Assembly (NCBI GenBank): GCA_963787465.1
Contig: CAWBDD010000021.1
Location: 80,598 to 144,597 of the forward strand
Length of the DNA stretch: 64,000 nt
From: an uncultured Thermoplasmata archaeon
GTDB lineage: Archaea > Thermoplasmatota > Thermoplasmata > UBA10834
Direction: 5' to 3'
Shown here: positions 57,797 to 64,000 of the stretch, piece by piece
Layout of the letters: each line of letters begins with the position of its first letter
How positions within the stretch are numbered: the first letter of the stretch is position 1
Program-made: the position numbers and the translations under genes
Notes under the pieces: generated by a model
The model's database searches: none
Told to the model about the DNA's origin: nothing
The model's input: only the letters and a program-made list of their open reading frames with translations

Positions 57797-57859
57797 ATGG
57801 AGCTTACGTGAGGGAGACCCCCTCACGGAATCACACTTTTCCCAGCCCAGGCAAGACCC

Positions 57860-58348
57860 ATGACACAACCGCTTCAGGCATGCACGCGCGCGCTCGTTCT
57901 GGGCGTCGGCAACCCCATACTCTCGGACGACGGGGTCGGCATACACGTCGCCAGGGAGCTCGGCGCCAGGGGCCTGCCAGGCGTCACGGTGGAGGAGCTG
58001 CCCGCGGGTGGGCTGGAACTCCTCGACCTGGTCCTCGACCACGACGTCGTCGTGATAGTCGACGCGATACAGACATCCGGGGGCAAGCCGGGCCAGATAC
58101 ACGAGCTCGAGGAGAGGGATTTCGAGAGGGCGGTCCACGGGTCGTCCCCGCACGGGGTGAACATCGCCACGGCACTTGCGCTCGGCAGGAAACTCGTCCC
58201 CGAGAGGATGCCTCACACTGTCAGGTATGTCGCGATAGAGGCGGCGGACCTGGTCAACGTCTGTGAGAAGCTCACGCCCCCGGTCCAGGAGGCGCTGCCG
58301 AAGGCGGTGGCGCTCGTCGAGAGGATCCTGGGGCTCAGCAGATCCTAG
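57860..58348 (+). CDS. Hydrogenase maturation endopeptidase (HycI/HyaD/FrhD family)
   Basis: LVLGVGNPILSDDGVGIHVAREL motif and ...HGSSPHG..., 162 aa. Confidence 0.8.
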   Translation: MTQPLQACTRALVLGVGNPILSDDGVGIHVARELGARGLPGVTVEELPAGGLELLDLVLDHDVVVIVDAIQTSGGKPGQIHELEERDFERAVHGSSPHGVNIATALALGRKLVPERMPHTVRYVAIEAADLVNVCEKLTPPVQEALPKAVALVERILGLSRS

Positions 58349-59390
58349 GCACCGGGTCCCCGATCGGGGGCTCCACCACCCTCTTCCCGCCGGTGTGCGT
58401 CTCCATCATTACCCCGTTGATCTCCTTGGACGCCTCGCCGACTATCGCGGCCCTGGCCCCCTCAGGGGTGGACCTCAGGGCCTTGAGGACCGACTCCGCC
58501 TGGTCCGGCACGACCGCGAGGACCGCCTTGCCCTCGTTGCCGATCTCCAGGGGGTCGATGCCCAGCATCTCGCACGCGGAGATGACCGCGTCGTCCATCG
58601 GGAGCCGCTCCTCGGCGATCCTGATCCCGACGCCCGACTTCTCGGCCCATTCGTTCAGCAGGTTGGCCACGCCCCCCCTCGTCGGGTCCTTCATGGCGGT
58701 GACCCCGCCCGCCTGCAACGCCTTTGCCAGCATCTTGTTGAGCGGGGCGGCATCGCTCCTGACGGTCGTCTCGAACCCGTAGCCCTCCCTGAAGGACAGG
58801 AGCGCGACGCCGTGGTTGCCTATCGGACCTGAGACGATGATCACGTCGCCCTCGGCGACGGCGGAGTCGTTCGGCCAGTTGAAAGCGAACTTCCTGGAGG
58901 CGCGGACCATCTGGAGGTTGTGGTCGAGGTGCGGGGACCTGCGCCCGATCCCGCTCGTGTTGATGAAAAGGCCGTCCACCGCGCCCTTCTCCACGACCTT
59001 CGTGTCACCGGTGACTATGTTCACGCCAGCCCCCTTGGCGGTGGTGGAGATGCTCTTCATGATCCGGTGGAGGTCCTCAGTGGCGAACCCCTCCTGGATG
59101 ATCATCGCGCAGGAGAGAGCCCGCGGCTCTGCCCCCATCATGGAGACGTCGTTGACGGTGCCTGCGACGCTCAGGACGCCGATGTCGCCTCCTGGGAAGA
59201 ACAGCGGCTTGACGGTGTACGAATCGGTGGTGAAAGCGATCCCATCGACTATGGCGGCATCGTCGAGGGCACCGAGAGGTATCTCACCGAACTGGTGGTC
59301 CAGCTCGTTGAGGACGAACTCGCGTATGAACTCCTGCATGCGCTCGCCCCCGGCCCCCTGCGCCAAAGTCACCTTGGCCATTCTCGACAC
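58335..59390 (-). CDS. hypE: Hydrogenase maturation factor HypE
   Basis: PurM-like AIR-synthase-related fold. The C-terminus ends ...PVPRIC, the HypE PRIC signature with the terminal Cys. Confidence 0.85.
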   Translation of the reverse strand: MSRMAKVTLAQGAGGERMQEFIREFVLNELDHQFGEIPLGALDDAAIVDGIAFTTDSYTVKPLFFPGGDIGVLSVAGTVNDVSMMGAEPRALSCAMIIQEGFATEDLHRIMKSISTTAKGAGVNIVTGDTKVVEKGAVDGLFINTSGIGRRSPHLDHNLQMVRASRKFAFNWPNDSAVAEGDVIIVSGPIGNHGVALLSFREGYGFETTVRSDAAPLNKMLAKALQAGGVTAMKDPTRGGVANLLNEWAEKSGVGIRIAEERLPMDDAVISACEMLGIDPLEIGNEGKAVLAVVPDQAESVLKALRSTPEGARAAIVGEASKEINGVMMETHTGGKRVVEPPIGDPVPRIC

Positions 59391-59494
59391 CAGCTGGCCT
59401 TCGAAATGGCTACAGCTAATAATACCTTTGTCCCGTCACGCGGGGTGGCGCTTCCGAGGGATATCTTGATTACGACGCATGGGGCTCGGAGTGC

Positions 59495-60101
59495 GATGCT
59501 CTCGGCGGTCGTCCTATCGGGCGGATCGGGAACGCGAATGGGGGCGGAGAAGGGACTCCTAAGGCTGGGAGGGAGGCCGCTCGTATCGATTGTGGTCGGT
59601 ACGATGTGGTCGTTGGCAGATGAGGTCGTGGTGGCGGTCGCGCCCGGCATGTCGTCTGAGTACAGAGCGACACTGGGGAGTCGACCGTCGATTATCGAGG
59701 ACCGGGCTTCCGGGATAGGCCCCCTGGAAGGGCTCGCTGCCTCTTTCGCTGTTGCGAAGGGGGATATCGTCGTCACGAGCCCCTGCGACACACCGTTCCT
59801 CAGTAGGGAACTCATCCAGCTCATCGCGGGCAGCATAGGCGACGCGGACATGGCCGTGCCGAGGGTCGGTGGACTTCTCGAACCCCTGCACGCAGCCTAC
59901 AGGAGGGAGAGATGCCTCCGCGCGTTCGAGGAGACCATGGCGAGAGGCGAGCGCAAGATAGTCACGGCGTTCTCCGGGCTCGACGCAGTCATGGTCGACG
60001 AGGAGTTGCTAAGGACCGTCGACCCTGAGTTACGGAGCTTCTGGAACCTGAACACGAGGAACGACCTTGCACGTGCAGAGAGGATGGCCGAACCGGGGTG
60101 A
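59495..60101 (+). CDS. mobA: Molybdenum cofactor guanylyltransferase MobA
   Basis: LSGGSGTRMGAEKGLL (MobA LAGGxSxRMG motif), ~200 aa. Confidence 0.7.
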
Positions 60102-60111
60102 CCTGCGCGCG

Positions 60112-60753
60112 TCATCCACCTTCGAGCTTCTTCCTCATATCCTTGAGATTCTCCGTGGCGCCTCCAATGTTCATCTCTTCGATGAAGTGATCGGGCGACG
60201 TCGTCCTCAGGTAGTAAGTGCCCGCGGCGGCGACGGCGAGACCGGCGAACGAATCGAAGAAGAGGTCCAGCATGGTGTCGTCAAGCGAGTATTGCAGGTG
60301 CGTGCCCGTGAGCGCATCCATGGCATACTCGATCACCTCCCAGAACACGCCTATTGCCATGGTGAACATCACGATGAAGACGGCGAGGAATGCTGGTGGG
60401 AGACGGATGCTGACAACGTACTTGTCGATGGAGACGACGACCACGAACCCGAGGGCTGCCATGAGCGACGATGTCATCGCGTGGGTCAGATGGTCCCACC
60501 CTGCGACATCATCGTAGAAGCCAGAGTATCCACCGACCACGTGCAGGAATAGAGCGAGGACAAGCCAGAAGTTCAGTCCGGCAGGCAGCACCATCCTGAG
60601 ATCGCGCCTCAGTATGCTCGGGACCCCGCTTATGAAAAGGGAGAACAGAGCAGCTAGCAGCCATGTCATGTTGCCGGTGAGAGGCCCCGCGATGGCGACA
60701 CCCAGCATGCCCAGCTGCATAGCTCGCGAGATGATCTTCAGCCTCTTCTTCAT
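60112..60753 (-). CDS. Integral membrane protein (5-6 TM), tandem paralog of 60750-61415
   Basis: Shared blocks FWEVIEYAMDALTG (here) versus FWKVFEYVGGLVTG (neighbour). Confidence 0.55.
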   Translation of the reverse strand: MKKRLKIISRAMQLGMLGVAIAGPLTGNMTWLLAALFSLFISGVPSILRRDLRMVLPAGLNFWLVLALFLHVVGGYSGFYDDVAGWDHLTHAMTSSLMAALGFVVVVSIDKYVVSIRLPPAFLAVFIVMFTMAIGVFWEVIEYAMDALTGTHLQYSLDDTMLDLFFDSFAGLAVAAAGTYYLRTTSPDHFIEEMNIGGATENLKDMRKKLEGG

Positions 60754-61415
60754 TCTATCACCTTTCGCGGACGCGTGAAACCGAGGGCTCGTTTGCGAGA
60801 ATCAGACAGCGCCTTCATGTACTGGCCGTACACGACCCCCATCAGCGCACCGCCTACAAATGTCCACACGAAGAAGATCATGACATCGGCGTTGTCCCCG
60901 ATCGTCGGGTCCCCGGTCACTAGACCCCCGACATACTCGAACACCTTCCAGAAACCGGCCGCGGCGACCGTGAACATGAAGACGAAGAACAAGGCGAACG
61001 ACCTGTTCATCCTGACGTCCGTGTACAATTGGAGCTCGACGGTGAGAAGGAAACCGACGGTCGCGAACGCCAGGGAGAATGCGATCGCGGTCAGGTCGTC
61101 CCACCACATCGGGGCACCCTCCGCAGGGTCCCATGCAGAGGAGATGTGCAGGAACACGGGGATGACCAGGATCAGCGCCATCTCCCAGGGGAGCGCCTTG
61201 AACGGGTCCCTCGTCATGATGACCGGCAGGATCAGCAGGCAAAGGGCAGAGACGCCGAAAGCCGCCCACATGATGTCCAGCCTGACAACGAGATAGACCG
61301 TCGAGAAGAACAGTGCAAGGCTCGATATCCAGGACAGCTCGGCCTCGAGGACCCTTCGTGGACTTCGGACCGTTGGCCCGTCGCCCGAGGGCGACGGACC
61401 GGCATCACCCTGCAT
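60750..61415 (-). CDS. Integral membrane protein, tandem paralog of 60112-60753
   Basis: Same topology and conserved blocks as the neighbour. Its stop overlaps the neighbour's start. Confidence 0.55.
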   Translation of the reverse strand: MQGDAGPSPSGDGPTVRSPRRVLEAELSWISSLALFFSTVYLVVRLDIMWAAFGVSALCLLILPVIMTRDPFKALPWEMALILVIPVFLHISSAWDPAEGAPMWWDDLTAIAFSLAFATVGFLLTVELQLYTDVRMNRSFALFFVFMFTVAAAGFWKVFEYVGGLVTGDPTIGDNADVMIFFVWTFVGGALMGVVYGQYMKALSDSRKRALGFTRPRKVIE

Positions 61416-61462
61416 ATCCGGGCTTCGAAGGACTTGGACACTATTAATCGCTGACGGAGGGG

Positions 61463-63319
61463 TCAGGCGATCCGGAAGGAGTTCTCAGGCACAGTAATCT
61501 CGAAACGGGCGCCGCTTCCAGGCGTGCCGGTCTCCCTGATCGTCATCCCTGTGATCCCCAGGACCTCCCTCACGAAGTAGAGGCCGTAGCCGGTGTTCCG
61601 GCCGTATCCCCTTTCGAACACCCGCTCCTTCTCCTCCGGCGGTATCCCGGCGCCGTCGTCCTGGACTACCACGACGACCGACCCGTTGTCCCTCCTGAAC
61701 GAGAATTCCAGGCGCGTGACCTGGGAGTTGTGCCTTATGGAGTTATCGACGAGGCTGGAGAACGCTCGGCCCATCATCGGGTCCGCGAGGACGGACAGCC
61801 CGTGCACTCTCACATCGACCTTCATGCCGTCGAGGACATGTGTGTTGAGGCCCGCATGGATGGCCTGGCCGACATCGATCCACTCCGCACGGGACACACC
61901 CATGTCCCTGTAGTCGCTGGTGAGTTCGAGGAGCGTGCGCATCTTATCAACGGATTCCTTCGCGAGGGAGATGTGGTCCCTCACCAAGCCCTCGGTCGAT
62001 GTATCGGCGGCCATTTCAAGGCCCGCTGACATCACGGACAGCTGGTTCAGGAGGTCGTGCCTCGTTATGCTCCCGAGGAGCACCAACCTCCTGTTCGCCT
62101 GCAGCAAGGCCTGCTCGGTGAGCCTGCGCTTCGTGATGTCCCGCGCGATCCCCTCGATGGCCACAATCTCCCCGTTGTCGTCCTTGATCGGGTGGATGAT
62201 CTGCTCCGTCCAGACCGTGCTGCCGTCCTTCCTGACCCACCTCACCTCGAACGGCGCCCCGAACCTCGATGGGTCGGACCTCACGGCGCTCAGGGTCTCG
62301 CGGTCCTCTGGATGGATCAGCTTGAAGCCCAGGGACGGATCCTGGTAGTGCTCCTCCGGGGTGTATCCCACCATGGCGGTGCTCGTGGGGCTCACATACT
62401 CGAACTTGAAATCCGGCTTCAGACTCATCCGGTACAGGATGTCACCGCATTCCTCCGCTAGCACGCGGAAATGCGGCCCTCCGGCCCTGCCGGGAGTACC
62501 GACCGGAGCGAACCTGGAGATATCCACGAACGATGCGACCATGATGTCGGCATCCGGGACCTTCCTGATCGAGGCGGAGACCCGCCTCTTGTTGCCCCGT
62601 TTGTCGGCAATCATCATCTCGTGGATGTGCGGGCCCGACAGACCCTCGTCCGTCTTGGACGTGTGTGCGCCGACAATCCTCTCGCGGTCCTCGGAGGCGA
62701 TGAAGTCGAAGCCACTCATCCTCCCCTCGACCTCGCTCCGGGAGTACCCTGTCATCCTCTCGAACTCGGCGTTGACATGGGCTATGGTCCCGTCCGCTCC
62801 GAAGACCGCCATCGCGGTGCCCGTGTTCTCGAAGAGGGTCCTGTAGATCATGTCGCTCTGCTTGAGCCGTCTCTCGGCATCTGCCTTCTCGACCAGCAGC
62901 CTGACGGTCCTCGCGACCTCCGTGAAGTGCGCCTTCGGGTCGCGGCTCTTATACACGTAGAAATCAGCACCTTCCCGGAGAGCGAGCGAGGCGACATCCT
63001 CCCTCCCGGGGTCCGTCACGAGGATGAAAGGCACCGTGTTCCCCTGCACCCGCATGGTCTTCAGAAGACCGATGGAGTCAACCACTGGCGGTGAGTAGTC
63101 GGCTATGATGGCATCGAACTTCTGGGCATGGAGCGCGGCGGCCGCGCCCTCGGTCGTCCCTGCGCTCTCGACGGATATGCCTTCGTTGGCAAGAAGCGTC
63201 CTCGCTACTTCGAGATATGCCGAGTCGCTGTCCAAGTGAAGGACCTGGATGCCTATGGTTCCACCTGGGTGATGCCCCGATGGGACAGGGCACGGGCCTC
63301 TATTTATTCGTAGCCCCAC
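61463..63319 (-). CDS. Hybrid sensor histidine kinase: N-terminal receiver domain, two PAS domains, HisKA and HATPase_c
   Basis: Receiver IQVLHLDSD...AIIADYSPP...FILVT. PAS domains YRTLFENTGTAMAVFGADGTIAHVN and FRVLAEECGDILYR. H-box ITRHDLLNQLS. ATPase DDGAGIPPEE...GYGLYFVREV. The proposed start, GTG 63317-63319, is the first start that does not overlap tRNA-Ser. Confidence 0.8.
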   Translation of the reverse strand: MGLRINRGPCPVPSGHHPGGTIGIQVLHLDSDSAYLEVARTLLANEGISVESAGTTEGAAAALHAQKFDAIIADYSPPVVDSIGLLKTMRVQGNTVPFILVTDPGREDVASLALREGADFYVYKSRDPKAHFTEVARTVRLLVEKADAERRLKQSDMIYRTLFENTGTAMAVFGADGTIAHVNAEFERMTGYSRSEVEGRMSGFDFIASEDRERIVGAHTSKTDEGLSGPHIHEMMIADKRGNKRRVSASIRKVPDADIMVASFVDISRFAPVGTPGRAGGPHFRVLAEECGDILYRMSLKPDFKFEYVSPTSTAMVGYTPEEHYQDPSLGFKLIHPEDRETLSAVRSDPSRFGAPFEVRWVRKDGSTVWTEQIIHPIKDDNGEIVAIEGIARDITKRRLTEQALLQANRRLVLLGSITRHDLLNQLSVMSAGLEMAADTSTEGLVRDHISLAKESVDKMRTLLELTSDYRDMGVSRAEWIDVGQAIHAGLNTHVLDGMKVDVRVHGLSVLADPMMGRAFSSLVDNSIRHNSQVTRLEFSFRRDNGSVVVVVQDDGAGIPPEEKERVFERGYGRNTGYGLYFVREVLGITGMTIRETGTPGSGARFEITVPENSFRIA

Positions 63320-63342
63320 CGCGGGTGATGTGTGAGAACGAG

Positions 63343-63448
63343 CGCTGAGGGGGAGATTTGAACTCCCGAGGCGCAAAGCGCCACGAGCTTGCTAGCATGG
63401 CAACCTGAGTTTCCAGGCTCGCGCCTTACCGGGCTGGGCCACCTCAGC
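63343..63448 (-). tRNA. tRNA-Ser(GGA), class II, with a ~21-nt canonical intron
   Basis: Acceptor GCTGAGG/CCTCAGC+G. Anticodon stem CGAGC/GCTCG with loop CTGGAA|intron|A. Long variable arm GGCGC-TTT-GCGCC. T-arm GGGAG-TTCAAAT-CTCCC. A TTTAAATA TATA box lies 25 nt upstream (63471-63480 on minus). Confidence 0.65.
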
Positions 63449-63513
63449 TCGGCTACCACCAAAAGACTGTCCGTATTTAAACGTGTCCGCTGTCGATCCC
63501 TGATGCCAGGGGG

Positions 63514-64000
63514 TCATGAACCGTCTTCGCCGTGTCCGGTCCCATATCCAGCCGCGAGGAGGCTCATCTCGGCCAGCACATCCGACCTCGTGTCCTTGAG
63601 GAGCGGCCTGAACCTGCGGGCGACCTCGATCTCCGTCAGATCGATCTCGTGGTGGACCACGTCCTCGTCCAGGTCCTTCGCCTTGACGATGATGTCCCCC
63701 TTCGGCCCGTACACGGCGCTGCCCCCGCTGAAGACCAGGGACCCATGGACCCCGACCAGGTTGCAGAAGGCGAGGAACGCCCCGTTCTCGACAGCGCGGG
63801 CAGGCATGACCTTGTCGAAGTTCGGCCTGGAGGTCGTCGGAGAGGCCGAGAGGTCGACCAGGACCTGGGCCCCCATGAGGGCCTCCAGCTTGGCCAGTTC
63901 GGGGAAGAACAGGTCATAGCAGACCATCAAGCCGTACCTCGCGTGGAGCCCCTGGGCGACGACCGCCTTCCTCCCAGGGGCGAAGAAGACGCGCTCCTCG
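63514..64000 (-). CDS. Carbon-nitrogen hydrolase (nitrilase superfamily), 3' portion. The gene continues beyond the window end.
   Basis: ...LMVCYDLFFPE... (the catalytic Cys region of the nitrilase superfamily). The frame is open to base 64000. Confidence 0.7.
   Translation of the reverse strand, partial: EERVFFAPGRKAVVAQGLHARYGLMVCYDLFFPELAKLEALMGAQVLVDLSASPTTSRPNFDKVMPARAVENGAFLAFCNLVGVHGSLVFSGGSAVYGPKGDIIVKAKDLDEDVVHHEIDLTEIEVARRFRPLLKDTRSDVLAEMSLLAAGYGTGHGEDGS

Noticed and set aside
1-64000. CRISPR arrays, rRNA genes, IS elements and transposases
   Set aside because: No regularly spaced direct repeats, no rRNA-like conserved stretches and no transposase-like ORFs were seen. The repeats found are intragenic (46870/47040) or short regulatory motifs.

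Overview
This 64 kb window is high-GC (~62%) archaeal DNA. Archaeal hallmarks include intron-containing tRNAs, ribosomal protein L41e, a PAC2 proteasome-assembly chaperone and TATA/BRE-type promoters. The gene content suggests a hydrogen-dependent methyl-reducing methanogen (corrinoid protein, Mvh [NiFe] hydrogenase, heterodisulfide reductase), and this content plus the ~62% GC suggests a Methanomassiliicoccales-like Thermoplasmata; this is inference only.

Gene content, in order along the window:
- Housekeeping start: a UspA gene with an antiporter remnant, an SPFH protein, a methyltransferase corrinoid protein, a GNAT acetyltransferase, an NTase-domain protein and a 916-aa STAND NTPase.
- 8.3-16.7 kb: an accessory-looking island of secreted and surface-anchored proteins. 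It holds two paralog pairs and an embedded class V aminotransferase.
- Transport and metabolism: CorA, a nitroreductase, a regulator plus a Fe3+-siderophore/cobalamin-type ABC importer, a class III aminotransferase and a PAC2 chaperone.
- Translation locus: tRNA-Arg, rpl41e and tRNA-Trp.
- Membrane proteins, an RibD-like reductase, a flotillin operon and hypB-F-C-A-D.
- 38.1-57.8 kb, the centrepiece: three consecutive heterodisulfide reductase modules feeding into mvhG-mvhA. There are five HdrA paralogs, four MvhD domains in four different fusion contexts, and a novel tandem-repeat Cys-cluster protein. The third module is riddled with +1 frameshifts.
- End of window: hydrogenase maturation protease, hypE, mobA, two paralogous membrane proteins, a hybrid PAS histidine kinase, an intron-containing tRNA-Ser and a partial carbon-nitrogen hydrolase gene.

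No CRISPR array, rRNA or obvious transposase was seen.

The supplied ORF track uses ATG, GTG and TTG as 'M'. Many of its long ORFs are proline/arginine/glycine-rich antisense or shadow frames typical of high-GC DNA, and I rejected those.
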